Of a stretch of 64,000 nt of DNA, positions 26,403 to 40,570 are shown in pieces; position 1 is the stretch's first letter, and every line of letters starts with the position of its first letter. The stretch lies in contig OZ336884.1 in assembly GCA_965287045.1 (NCBI GenBank), positions 68,696,001 to 68,760,000 on the forward strand. The letters run 5' to 3'. The position numbers and the translations under genes are program-made. Origin of the DNA: Carcharhinus amblyrhynchos (taxonomy: Eukaryota). The notes beneath the pieces were generated by a model. It saw only the letters and a program-made list of their open reading frames with translations. It was not told the origin of the DNA and did not search any database.

Positions 26403-28509
26403 ACTTTGAAATCCTCAGTAGGCTTTAAGAAGTTTAGCAAAACGTCAGAATGACTAAGGCAAGACTGTCTAGCTTTAAGAAATCCTTGACCTTAATTGCC
26501 TTTAATCAAGAACGCCTCCAAATCTAAAAGGATAACAGGCAGACAAATTGTTCAGTTGAGAAGAGGAGTTTAAAGAGAAAGGAGCTACGAGTGAGAAGAG
26601 GTATGTGGAAAAATAATTTATGTGCTGTTTGAATCATCACTGCTGTGAGTAAATAAACCTGTTTATTTTAAAGATTGAGCCCTGGTCTGTCTGTTTAATT
26701 GGTTTCTGGCCCTTCTTCAGATTGTTATAGTAGATTGAAAGAGAAAAATACTTCAAAGACCTTTAAATCTGATACATCTGTTTTAGAAACATTGGTAGGT
26801 ATTGTTCCCCATTTTAAATGGCTGTTCTCTGTTGTTGCTTTACTTTTGTCTGCAGGAAGCAGGCATGGAGGTGAGATTTCAGTAACTTTAAATTGTCTGG
26901 GATTTTACCTTTATAGAGAATATAGCTCAGATAGAATACAGGATGGCTCTAGCTTGTGTATGCACAATTTCTGTGTTGATGCGACATCTACTAAATCTTC
27001 ATCCAAAACTTATGCTAAGTCCTAAATGCCCATCATCCTGTAATTGTAAAATTGTGATTCGGCTCCAAATAATGCCTCAATTTAAAAAGCCCTCAACCTT
27101 GTTTTCGAGTCCTTCCATGGCTTTACCTCTCCTTTCACTGTAATCTGCGGCCCTACAACTTACAGCTTCTTTGTACTCCTTCAATTTTGGCCTCCCGGAT
27201 ACCCTACTACCCGGCGTGGTGTTGTGTTCTGTTTGATATTGTTTCTGTACAGTCCCTTGGGATGTTTTACCATGTTAAGGTGCTGTAAAACTACAAGTTG
27301 TAGCTAGCATTTAAAGGACTGAGGGGCTCATGAACTTAACCAAATTGGCAAATGACTAATACGTGCACAGTCTGTACTTGTTTCAATCCACACTTTCTCA
27401 AGATTGAAATAAAGCTTAAGTTTCCAACTTGCATATCAAAATATTATGTGGATGGAAGAACTTTGTTCCAATGCTTAAATCACATGTTGTTGACATTGAC
27501 AATCTACTTTATAGAAACAGATTTATATTGCTCAGCCATCAGCTGGCTTTTGATGAACAAAAACATACAGCTCAAAATTTAAAAGCATACCTAATTGACT
27601 TTTGTGAGAATTAATTTTATAGCTGGCAATTTCACACACTTTGAAATAAATTCTGGAAGTTGATTTGCCCCCAAAGCTTTTCGCTTGAGGTTCAAAACTG
27701 ACTCCATATTCTTGAGTGCATAACTTAAGCTAACACCTCAGCTGAGGGAGTGCTACATTGTCAGTGAATCTGGCTGGAATTTTCCAGACCCACTGTGGAG
27801 GGTGTGGAAAGTCCATTGACATTAGGAAGATCCTGGCAATGGGTGGGACTTGACAATCCCAGCCACTGTATTTCAGTTGAGACATTGAACTTGAGTCCCC
27901 ATTTGACTCCCTGGGTCGACAAATAACATTTTAGATCTGCACCCTATGTGCTGTAAGTTGCAGGACTGTGGGCTGTGTGCAGGAATATGGGATTAGAAAG
28001 GGCACCTGGGTGCCCAAGGGTTGGCATGGACAAGATAAGAGTTAAATGCCTCTTTCTGTGCTGTATCATTTCTATGGTTTGGCACCGTTTTGAAGAAGAA
28101 CGGAGCTGTTTTTTCCTGAGCGTACCTCCAATCAGTATCATTTAAAAGACTTTTGCTGGGATTCTCTGGCCTCCCCGTCATGTTTTTCTTGAAGGCAGGA
28201 GGCTGCATGCAATTGGCAAGATCTTCCGGTCCCGCCGCTATCAGTGGAATTTCCCATTGATTCCACCCCTCACCAATGGAAAATATGTGGCGTTGGGGGC
28301 GGGGGGGGACACACACACCATCAGAGGGACCACAGATCCCACGGGAGTGAAGAGCCTGAAGATTTAACCCATTCTCTGGCTATTGTTATGTTGCTGCATG
28401 TGGGATCCTGATGTGTACAAATTGGCTGCTACATTTCTTGCATTACCACAAATAACTACATTTCAAACACTTAGTTCAAATGCACATTGGGATATTCTGA
28501 AAGCAGAGA

Positions 28510-29505
28510 ACTATTTCTAATTCAACAGTCCTTTTAGGCAGTGAGTTCCAGACTCTCTCCACCTTCTGACTGAAGAAATTTCTCCTCTTGGCCCTCTGCC
28601 TCTTACTTTAAATCAGTGCCCCTTGTTTATGTGCCCTTCTACTAATGGAAAACATGTCTTCTATCCACCTTTATCAATGGTCCTCATAATCTTATGCATT
28701 TCTATCAGGGCCCCTCTCAACCTTCATTGAGATTGAATCTCCAGTCCATTCCTCATAGTTCAGACCCTCCAGCCCGGGAACATCTTGGTAAATCTCCTGC
28801 GCACCCCTCCAATGCAATCACATCCTTCCTATAATGTGGTGACCAAAACTACATGCAATACTTCAGTTGTGGCTGATCCAGTGTTTTATTCAGTTCCAGC
28901 ATGACTTCCCTGTTCTTTTATTTTGTGCCTCAGCTAATAAAGGGCATCCTATATGCATTCTTCACCATTTTATCTATCTTCTCTGCCATCCTCAGGAATC
29001 TATGTGTATGCCTGCAAGGTCCCTCTGACCTTCAGTACTTTCCAGGGTCTTACCATTCGTAGTGTAATACTCAGCCTTATTAGCCTTCCCCCCCCAAGTG
29101 CAATACTCCTCTCTTTTCCAGGTTGAATTCCATTTGCTCTGGCCACCTGACCAGCCATTGATATCCTCCTGTAGTCTATGGCCATCTTCCTCACTATTTA
29201 GCACTCTACCAATTTTTGTCATCTGCAAACCTCTTGATCATACCCTGCTACAAGTCCAAATCATTAAAGCACACCACAAATAGCAAGGGCCTCAGCATTG
29301 AGCTGTGCAAAATCCCCCTAGAAGCAGACTTCTAGCCACAGAAACATCCCTCTGCCATCATCCTCTGGATTAAATTTGGCTGAGACGTGGGAAGCAATGT
29401 GCCTTGGACCCCAAGGGCCATTTTTTTCTTGACCAGTCTGCCATGAGGAATCTTATCAAAAGCCTTGTAAAAGTCCACATCAAATGCATTACCCTCATCA
29501 ACACT
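28510..29505 (-). mobile_element. Degenerate CR1 fragment
   Basis: Motif DFYKAFDKIPHGRL and downstream CR1 RT/C-terminal homology. Confidence 0.75.
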
Positions 29506-32500
29506 GGTTATCTCCTGCCCATCCTCAGAACCCTCGACTTCTTCTCTGCACATTCCTGACAAAGTCTGTCCATGTCTTCAGAGGCTTCCTCGTTTTAGTC
29601 AGTCACAAAGCAAGGATCTCCCATGAATTGACAATGTTTGACTTCTGGAATGCTTTCTGATCATCCCTAACTTTTTTCTGCTGTCCTCCTGGAAGTCTCC
29701 TGCCATAACTAAAAACTGAGTAGAACAGTTGCTTCGGGAGTCCAGTGTAGGAAAATATCAAAATAATAATCACAACCTACACATGCACTGTCTTTTAATG
29801 TAGAAAATCACTCAAACTGACTGCAGCAAAGTATATGGAAAATTGATTCTGAGGGAAAGGCAAAAATATTGGGAAAGGTGAGCAGGGAAAAAGAGGTGGA
29901 AGAAGTTCTAGAATGGTCCAGATGCCACTGACGTGGTGATGGAAAGGAGAATGGACTGGAGGATGAGAGAGTTTGGGGCTGGGGAGGGAGGTGCAGTGGT
30001 GGAGCTAGCCATGTTTGATAATGGATAAGGTGGGGAGTAACAAGAGGATTTAAGCACAAAGCTGGAAATGTCAAATTTCACTTCTTAGGGAACCAGGAGC
30101 CAGTAGTGGCCAGATGCATAAGCAAACAAGACATGGGGAAGAATGGAGTTCAAGACATCCCAATTTTGGGATGAGCTCAAATCCCTGGAAGATGGAGGTT
30201 CTGAGGCTAGCATTATGGAGTTATTGATTGGTGAGGTGATGTTGACATGAATGATGATTCTGTGATAGGTGAGTTGAGTCAGGAATAGAAGCATGCAATG
30301 ATGTAGGCAGTCTTTGTGATGTGGAGGATATGGGATCAGGAGCTCAGAATATGTGCTAAGTTTCTATAACCTAATACTATTGAGGGAAATGGTGAGGATA
30401 TGGGAGTTTGTAGAGAGTGTCTGAAGGCAGTGGAATAGGCAGAAATGACAGCCTCCATGTTAGCATATTATTAGAATAAAATGTAGCATAATGTAATGTT
30501 ATCTGGGAACACCTGTTACCTTGCGTCTTTTTTTTTGTTAGCCCCTGTATGATTTTATTTTGCTGATTGCCAAGCTCCACACTTTATACAGCAGTCAATA
30601 GGGACTGTGACCTTACCATGCTGCACTCTGTCTCACAAAGCTTTTGAAAGTAAATGTAATTGCATTATTTGGCTCAAATTGTTATATTTTATGTAATGAA
30701 TATATCCTATGAAAAATGAAATAAAGACAAAGTAATGGTAAATGTTAACATTTTTATTAATGTTTAAAGCAGCGTTTGTAATTCAAAATGAACTGTAGAG
30801 CTTTGGACTATTTAGTTTATGTAGATATTCATTTTATGTATCGATAGCCTTTTAGTTTTCAGAAAACTATCCATGTTCTGAATTTGGTACTGTGTCCATC
30901 TGATAGTTATGTTGCAACTGTTGGCCTGAAACATCGGAGAAGAAAGCAGCTGCTTCATCCATATCCACTGGCTCCCATTTCTGAAGGGCAGGGAACAATG
31001 TTTTTCTGTTTGAAAATAACAGTGAAAGATCAATTGAACAGTAATGTAACATACAAGCCTTAGCTCAGTTTGAGCATTCTTGGCTCTGAAGATCATGTTT
31101 TCAAATGCCTAACAATTCTGCTCCAAGCAGGTGATTAGCCCTGCCTCTGAAGCAGCCGGGGTCTCTGCCATGAAGTCTTCCAAGGTGGGAATTCTCAGGA
31201 TCGTGAGCCAACCTGATGAAGGAACAGTGAAGGTTGTCTGGTTCATGATAATGTGAGACTTGGAATATAACACAGAGCTGGTAACATTCCCACACCATTG
31301 GTTTATCTTATCCTTCTCATTGGTGGAGGTCACAAGAGAAGAAATACTGTTGACAGCCTGGCAATGTATCCTCTAGACTGTACACACTGCAGTCACAACA
31401 TGGAAAGAATGGATATTGAGTTGGGATGTACGGTTGCCAAATAGACATCTTTGCCTTTAATAGCATCATGATTCTACTATGCTGTTATCTCTACACACTT
31501 TTGGCAAATGTGTCATCACATTTGTGGCTTTTGACCTTGTAAATGGCAGCAAGGCTTTGAGAGTACTTGATCTCCTGGCCTGGTGATTTAATTGAAAGTT
31601 CCATTTCACCTGGATTTAATTTTATTTTTCCATTTATTTTTGTGTTCTGCACTATCCCTGTATTTTCCTTCCAGTGTTCCAATCACAAGCAGAGCACACA
31701 TTTTATTTGTGGTCATTGTGCATTAGATATTGATTCGTTCTGCATCTGTAGCTTGTGTACTGCAGATTAAATTCGTGTTTGCATTGCTGCAATGCCATGG
31801 ATACCCTAAATCCATAGGACCTGTTCATAAGTTTTAAATTGCGTCGACAATTGCTCACCTACTGTAACAGATGTGAAACAAAACTAGCAATTATTATGCT
31901 GAGGACTGGCTTCTGCTCTTGTGTTTTCTTTTCTGCAGTCTGATGTCAATTAGTTTCAATAAGCAATAATTGTGCCTCAGTTAAACCTCATTGATACTGC
32001 AAGAACAGGAATCTTTTAAAATATGAAGGTGTTTGAACTCGTTGACTAAAAGAGTAGTAGAAGCAGAGATAATGAATAATTTTGAAAGAAAATTGGATGG
32101 ACATTTGAGAGAAATAAACTTATAGGAGCGCCGGGATAATGCAGGCGAATAAGACTTATTAGATCCTCGACAGGGAGCCAACTGGCCAGCATGGACTAGA
32201 TGAATTAAATGGCTGTCTCCTGTGCTGTAATTACTGTCTATGATTTACTGTAAGATACATGTTGAGAAGATAGGTGGTATCTTGAGTCCTCCGTTGTGGC
32301 GAATTTGGAGGTGGCAAGGCATTTGATCGGACAGACAGGAGCATTATGGGTGAGGACCATATCACCTTTCTGCCTCCACCCTGATTAAGTTCTTGGCAGG
32401 ATAGCTCGTGGACAGCCTTCCTGCCCTGCCACCAATTGAAATCTTTAAGTGGACAATTAATGCTCACATAAAGGCTGGTATTAACCCAGTGGCGAGGGAC

Positions 32501-33359
32501 AGCTGTGCGGGGAGTACAACAAGCAAACCACCTGTGTATAGGTTTCTTGAGGGAAGCTTTATTCAAAGATATTTGGTACCTGATTGAGGAACCGGATAAT
32601 GAGGTAGGAGTCTGCTGAGGGCCAGCCTACCTTTGCTGCTATCTCACCCAATTCCAATTCCATTTTCTGTCCAGTTGTAGCCAGCAAATACTTCCATTGG
32701 CTTTCTCACAGACTTGTCATCCTATTATTCTCAGCCTGAGACTGATCTCATGTCTTTGGCATCAAAATCTCCCTACTTAGATCTTCATAGTATTATCAAT
32801 CTTTGTCCAGACTGAATCCACTGACCTATAATGGCTTCCAGTTCCTTGTTACTTCAAATTTAAAACTCATCTTGCGCTCAAATCCTTATAGTATGATCTT
32901 TCCTTTTTTTTGTAACCTCCTTCAGCACGAAAACTTCCAGATTTCTGCATTCCTCCAATTCTGGGCTCTTGGATCACACCCACGCTGCCTTCAACTGCTT
33001 TGGTCCTAAACTCTAAAATTCTCTCCCTGAACCTCTTTGCTTGTTTATCTCTCCTCCTTTAAGACATCACATAACCATGCTTTGGGTTACCTGCACATTT
33101 CAAGGTGCTATACAGGTACAAATTTTTAAATTTTAAATTTTTTTACATTTTCATCTTTTATTTGCACAGGTTGTGGAAATGTGTCTTTATTTGAATTGCT
33201 TCATGTCAATATAGTTTCATTTCTTGGAATTCCTTGATCAAATAATCATTTTGCTCTGAATGTAAACTGACTTGTTTTTAGATGTTGATCACAGCTGTAT
33301 TTGTTGGCATCATTCTGTTCAGTTGATGTTCCTGAACACACACATGCATTAATACAGAA

Positions 33360-36300
33360 ATGAATGATGTGCAGAAGTAGACCATTCAGCCCCTTGGGCA
33401 AACTCCATTGTTTCATTGGATTGTGTTTGATCTGATTGTGGCCTCAACTTCACTTTCCTGTGACTTTTAACTTAATTAAGAATCTGTCTAACTGAGCCAT
33501 AAAAAAATCAACGATCCAGCTTCCACCACTCTCTGGGAAGAGAATTCCACTGACTAACCACCCCCTTGAGAGACAAATATTATCTCATCTCTGTCTTAAA
33601 TGGGAGATCGTGTCCCATTAGTTCTAGTCTTTCCCACAAGGGGAAACACCTTCTCAGCAACCACCCGTCAACTCCCTTCAGGATTTTGTGTTTCACTGAG
33701 ATCACTTCTTTGTCTTCTAAACTCCAATGGATATAGGCCCAACCTGTATAACTTTGCCTCAGAAGATAACCCCTACATCCCAGGAATCAGGCAAGTAAAT
33801 CTTCTCTGAATTGTTTCTGACACTTTTTTTTGGGGAAGGAGACCAATACAATACATAGTATTCAGCCATTGTCTTACCATATTCCCTTTGTAATAAACAA
33901 CAGCATCCCATTTAACTTCCTAATCACTTACTGTACCTGCATGCTAACTTTTCCTGATTCGTGTTTCTCTGTACCTCCGTGTTCTGCAACCTCTCCCCAT
34001 TTAAACAATATACATTTCTTGTCAAAAGTGGACCAGTTTATATTTTCCGCTCAACCTACTTAAACCTCTATGCAGACTCTTTTACATCCTCCTCACTACT
34101 CATTTTTGTGTCATTAGCAAATTTAGTAATCATACATTCAGTCCTTTCATCCAAATTATTGCTATAAATTGAAATTCATTATGGCGACAGTACTGATCCT
34201 TGTGGCACTCCACTTGTTACAGCTTGTAAATCCAAAATAAGACTCTTATCCCTACTCCCTGCTTTATATTGGCTAACCAATCTTCTATCTATGCTAATAT
34301 GTTGCCCCCTACACCATGAGATCTTATTTTGCTTCATAAATGTTGATGTGGCACCTTATCAAATGCCATCTGGAAATGCTAGTACACCACACTTGCAAGT
34401 TTCCCTTCATCCATGTTACTTCCTCAAAGAACTCTAATAAATTAATCAAATGCAATTTTCCTGCTACAAAACCACATTGACTCTGCCTGATTGCATCAAA
34501 ATTTTCTAAGTGTCCTGGTATAACCTCCTGAATAATAAATTCCAACATTTCCTTATAACAGATGTTTGGCTAATTGGCCTGAAAATTATCTGCTTTCTGT
34601 CTCCCTCCTTTTTGAATCGAGGAGTTAATTTAGCTATTTTCCTATTTGATGGGACCTTTCCAAATTTCACACATCTCCAAAGATATGTCTGGTCTCTGAT
34701 TACCTGGAGTTCGGAAGACCTGGCCCACTATCTTTCCATCTGTGGAACTAGATTTCCACAGATGGTGCACTTGTCTCTTTTGAATCTTTCTTTCTTACTG
34801 GAATACATCTTTGCTGATAGTTTTGAAATATCTTCTTAAATATCTGTCACTGTATCTCGACTGACCTACCCTTTAACCTAATTTCCCAGTTCACTTGAAC
34901 CCACTCCGTCTTCATACCCTTGTAATTGCCAGTTTAAAATACTGTCTTAGACACATTGTGTTCCTTCTCAAACTGATTACAATTATGATTGCTGTTATCT
35001 AGAGGCACTTTTACTATGGAGTCATTAATTAATCCTGCTTTATTGGACACTATCATGTCTAAAATAGCCTGATCTGTAGTTGGCTTGAGAATATACTGCT
35101 GTTAAGAAATTGTCTTGAACACGTTCTAGGAACTCCCCTGAATCTGGCTAAGTCAGGGGTTCTATTCGTAGACACGCAGGGTAGAATAGGTGTAGGGTGA
35201 TGCGGCGGCGCGGGCTTGTTGGGCCGAAGGGCCTGTTTCCTGTGCTGGGTTGTTCTTTGTTCTTTGTAACTCTTCTTCCAGGATACCTTTGTAGACCACG
35301 TCTAATCTATATATAGAATAAATTTACATGTGATTATTGCAGTGTCTTTCTCAAACCCTCATTACTTCTTCCTTTATATCCCTTCCAACAGATTTGATAC
35401 TGTTGGGTGATCTATAAATTACTCCCACAATTGAATTCTTACGATTGCAGTTTCTTATCTTTACTCAAACTGATTCTATTGGTGCGATCTTACCAGCTAT
35501 TCATGCCACACCCTGTTGCAGCAAGACCAGAGTACTTGGTGTCCAGCCAAATCTCCGTGCACTGCAGCGGAATGAGAAAATCACTCCAGCTTACATCCTG
35601 ATATTAGAGCCAAGGTCATCCATTACTATTGTACAAATGTCATGCTTAAGTAACAAAGCAACTCTTTTCTTTTCCTAGCTTCCTGTCCTTCTGAAATGTC
35701 AAATACTCTTGAATCTTCAGGCCCCAGCAATGGTCATCTTGCAACCATGTCTCCATAATGGCTATTAGATTATAAAAAAGAACAAAGAACAACACTGCAT
35801 GGGAAACAGGCCCTTCAGCCCAACGAGCTTGCACCGCCATTTCAACATTGTGAGTCCCCTCTTCCACTCATGACCCTTGTCTACGCTTATGGCACTCCAC
35901 GTTGGAAACCAGATTGAGGGGAGACTAATTTAGGGACAATTTGTTACACCAATCAGCCTAAGAGCACATCTTTGGGGTGTGGGAGGAAACCGGAGCACCC
36001 GGAGAAAACCCACGCAAGCACAGGGAGAATGCGCAAACTCCCACAGACACTGGCCCAAATCCATCATACTTGCTTATTTTGCTTCGAGCTGACAATTCAT
36101 CCCTTTAGTTATGAATGCTATTGGCATTCAGATACAGAACCTTTAGTTCTGTCTTTTTATTATTTTTGTCAGCTCTGGCATTATCTGCTGTTTCATAAGT
36201 TTGTATGCTCTGTCCCCTCCTGGCACATTCTGTTTACTGTTACCCTTATTGTTATTTTACTCTCTTTCCTTAGCCTTTTCTTTTAATTTACCTCATCTTC

Positions 36301-36830
36301 CATAATTTAATGACATGTATTCGCTAATCTAGTTAAAATTCTTCTTGACTGCCCTAATTATACAACTCACCAGAACATGGGTCCTGGTATGATTCAGGTG
36401 AAAAGCATCCCAATGACACAACTCCCACTTTCCTCCATATTAGTGCTGTGCCCTTTGAATTTAAATCCATTTGTCTGACACAAATCTTTGAGCCATGCAG
36501 TCAACTCCCTAATCTTAATTACCCTATGATCTTAGCTCGAGTAGTAATCTACAGAACCTCTTGAGGTTCTGATTTTCAATTTAGCCCCTAATGTAGAACC
36601 CCTTTCCTATTTCTATCTATGTTGTTTGTTGGTACAAACATCAAACATGAAAACTGGACCTTCTCCTGCCCACTGCAAGTTCCTCTCCTGCCCCAGCAGA
36701 CGTGCCGAATCTGGTAGACAACACACCCTTCTGTACTCCCATTTACAAAATGCCCAACTTATTGACTCTGAATCGAAGCTCCTCAAACCACAGATACTCA
36801 GCTGCTGATGTTTACCGTGCATTACACTGA
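33360..36830 (-). mobile_element. Long, old, fragmented CR1 with nested SINEs
   Basis: RT fragments (IRQSQCGFVAGK, LINLLEFFEEV), an endonuclease fragment (IAIMETWLQDD) and an ORF1 esterase-like fragment (RRVCCLPDSAR). Confidence 0.7.
35777..36058 (-). mobile_element. Third V-SINE variant, with a (TTCTTTG)n CR1 tail
   Basis: V domain, a distinct middle segment (CTCCCCTCAATCTGG...CGTAGACA) and a GGGCCTGTTTCC...GTTCTTTGTTCTTT tail. A truncated + strand copy lies at 35133-35267. Confidence 0.75.
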
Positions 36831-38206
36831 TGTCCACCAGATTTGAAGTACTGCAGTTGCAACACGTTACCTGCCAACCATCTTTATTTTGTTTTAATTT
36901 ACTAATTAATTCATAGTTACTTTAAATTTTAAAATAATTTCAATAAACAAACACAGGAAAAAAGTAAGAGTCATGAGTGTTTGTATGTGGCAAGTTACCA
37001 TTTTGGACATTCAGTAAAAAAGTCAAAACACTGCAGGACTGAAGATTTGGCTTTATGATTTGTTTCATGCATCACTTGTATTCTGCAAAGACATTGGCTG
37101 ATCATCAGCTGTTGCTTGGACAAAAGGAGGTCAGTAGCTTGTTTTATGGCATTCCCCATTTTCTAATTTATCAGAAAATAATTTCAGAAGTAGGAAGGAG
37201 GTCTTTCAGTCTATCATGTTAGTGCCGTCTCTCTGAAAGGTTAATTACTCCCACTTGCCTGCTGTTTCTCTGTCACCCAAGTTGTCCATTTTAGGTATTG
37301 ATCAAATTACCTTTGGAAAGCTTGTACTGAATCTGCTCCCACCGCCCTTTTCAGCCAGTGCATTCCAGATCATTCAAACTCGCTGCATGATTTTCTTCCC
37401 CCCGCCCATCTCTTCTCTAGCTCTTTGGCAAGATTTATGGTAATTTCCAATCTCCTGCTGGTGGAAATTTTATCCATTCCCCTGAAAATTTATTTCCCTC
37501 CAGTGCTCTTCCAGTTTCCTTTTAAAATAATTAATCATGTCCGCTTCTATAATCCCAAATTGGTGAGTTCCAGGTTATTACCACTCGCTGCAAAGATAAA
37601 GTTTTTCCACGCCTTCTCCCTGTCTCTCTTGCCCAAAACCTTAAACACAGGCCCCCTTGTTCTGTTCGATCAGCTTTTCTTTGTCTATCCTATCCAGACC
37701 TATTTTCTTCTTGTAAAGGTAAAGTCACCACAGTCCCAGATGACCCTAGGCATCATTCCCCTTTGAGGGACAGAGCTGACTGGTGTGATTTAACCTGAGG
37801 ATGACCACACCTCAGGCAAGGGGCAAGATTGAAAAGAATAACCTCATGCTGATACCAGAATTAAATCTGTGCGGTTGGCATCACTCTGCATCATTAACCA
37901 GCCAAACAGCCAACTGAGCTAAACTGACCCCCTTCTTGTACATTTCAATCACATCTCTGCTCAATCTCCTTTTGCTCCAAGGAGAACAGACCTAGCTTCT
38001 CCAACCTAACACAACAAAAAAAGTAAATTTTGGAAAATCTCAGCAGATCTGAAAGAGAGAGAATAGAGCCAACGTTTCAAGTCTGGATGATGCTTCATCA
38101 GACCCTTTGTCTTCAACCTAACCTTGTGGATAAAATTTTGCATCCCTGGAACCATTTTGGTAAACCTTGTAAAGGATCCTGTCAATGTTCCTGAAGTGTG
38201 GTGAAT

Positions 38207-38512
38207 GGGTGGCACAGTGGTTCGCACTGCTGCCTCACAGCATCAGGGACCTGGGTTCAATTCCAACCTTGAATGACTGTGCAAACTCCACACAAACATT
38301 CTCCCAGTGTCTGTGTGGGTTTCCTCTGGGTGCTCTAGTTTCCTCCCACAGTCCAGAGTTGTGAAGGTTGGGTGGATTGGCCATGCCAAATTGCTCCTTG
38401 GTGTCAGGGGATTGGCAGGGTAAATACATGTATTTACGGGATAGGGCTTGGGAGGGATTGGTGCAGGCTCGATGGGGTGAATGGCCTCCTTCTGCACTGT
38501 AGGGATTCTATA
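38207..38512 (+). mobile_element. HE1-type V-SINE
   Basis: Head GGTGGCACAGTGGTTCGCACTGCTGCCTCACAGC, V domain, tail GGGATTCTAT. Confidence 0.88.
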
Positions 38513-40241
38513 ACTCCATTTGGGGCCTAACCAGAGCTTTCTAAAAAGTAAACATAACCTTTCTGTTTTTGTTCTCAATACCTTGGTGTATCAAGCTCAA
38601 AATCCCATTTGCTTTGCTAAGTATTCTCTCAATATGTCCTACCACCTTTAAAGGTCAATCCATACAAATCCACTGGCCCCTCACGCTACAATAACAATGT
38701 TTCTGACATTTTCAATGTATTGTCATTTCAGATGAAAAAACTATTGTCTTTTTGGTGTGGCACTGACCTATATAGACTCAGAAAGCCTTAGCAGGAGTCA
38801 CTGGTGTTATAATCCATGTAGAGACCATCAACTTTTAAATAGAAATTTAAATTCCCAGTCATTAATTGAGAAGAGCACACACAAGATATCTTGTTTGTTA
38901 GGGAAAGCGTTTACTGACAGAATTAAAAACATCGAGTACTATTAACTTAACACCATACTCATAAGAACTTATACTTTCAACCAAAATCCTGAACAGGACA
39001 TTTCTCATTTTGCTTTCAATTTCTACTATGTGTTATGATGGCCCTGGGGGATCAGCAATCGATCTTCCTGTGGACCTCATTTGTATGAGCTCCCTTATTA
39101 GGCAAGTGGAGGCTCGTCCAGTAGGGAAGGAACACCGTGGGGTTTAAAACCAGCTGGCTCCACTGAGGCCAGCAGCTGATAGACTTGGGGCTTAACTGCA
39201 CTCTGAGTTATTGAATGGCACTTGACTGTTGCTGTAAATAAATGGGTGATTGGTGATGGAAAACTGGCCTCGGTAAGATTATTACACCATGAATCTCTTT
39301 TTAAATTGCAGATTCGTGAAGATTCATTCAATTTTCCTGGAACCAAACCAAAGCTCCCAGGGATTCGTGTCAATTCTCCTTATTTCTAAGTTATCTTCTG
39401 AAGTGATGGGTTTGGGGATTTTCCCAGTAGAGTCCAGCTAAGTAAATCCTCCAGCCCTACTTCAGCACCTTATGATTTTGATTACCCCACCTTGAGTATG
39501 GGCCACATTCACATGCTTGCATAGTGATCTCAATTAGAACACCTCTGGTTCCGGAATTCCTTCTGGTTCCTTGTTCAGGCTGCTGGAAGAGTCTGTGCCT
39601 TTTCCAAGCCAGCCTGGACACAGACTGACAAATGCAGCAGAGATGTATAGAAACAAAGAAATGTCTTAATCCCCACAGTGCGTTTCCAGTGACAATGTGA
39701 CATCCAGGCCTGTTCCCAGGTAGAAATATAAATTTGTTAGTTTTTACTTGAAAATAGTAAATGGATACTTTTAAACCCTTCTTTTGTTAAATTGCATGAA
39801 TAATGTAATTGCCAGAACCATGATTTATAGTTCTAGGAGTGAATGCCAACATCCCTGTAACACAATAAGATTTCCCCTTTTGATCTGTAACTCTCAGCCT
39901 ATCTGAAAAGTTGTCCAGACCAAGATTTCCTTCATCAATACCACATTAAAGTTACGGTCTCCTGAAATAGAGTAATATCTTATCAACAAAATGTTACAGT
40001 CCTAAAATATATTAATCCTAAAGTTATGTATTTGTAACACTGGACAATCATCAAGGAAAGAAAACATGTTTGATCATTTTTCCTCTTTATTACCCTGAGG
40101 ACACAATCTATTGTCGCACCTCCTGTTGAAATCTGCTACAAACTAGAAATTGAATCTGGCTCTTCCTGTTTGTAAGGCATGATGGATGCAGTTATCCACT
40201 GAGATAGTAGGTGTACAAGCAGAAGACCCTAATGAACTGAT

Positions 40242-40570
40242 GGGTGACACGATGGCACAGTGGTTAGCACTGCTGCCTCACAGGGCCAGGGACCTGCATT
40301 CAATCCTGGCCTTGGGTCACTGTCACTGTGGAGCTTGCACATTCTCCCCCTGTATGCATGGGTTTCTTCTGTGCACTCTGGTTTCCTCCCACACTCCAAA
40401 GATGTATGGGTTAAGTTGATTGGCCATGCTAGATTGCCCCTTAGTGTTGGGGGTTAGCAGGGTAAATAAGTGGGGTTACGGATATAGGGCCTGGATGGGA
40501 TTGCGGTCGGTGCAGACTTCATGGGCCAAATGACCTCCTTCTTCTACACTGTATGGATTCTGTAATTCTA
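40242..40570 (+). mobile_element. HE1-type V-SINE
   Basis: Full head, V domain and tail. Partial copies also lie at ~6170-6333 and ~16145-16312. Confidence 0.88.
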
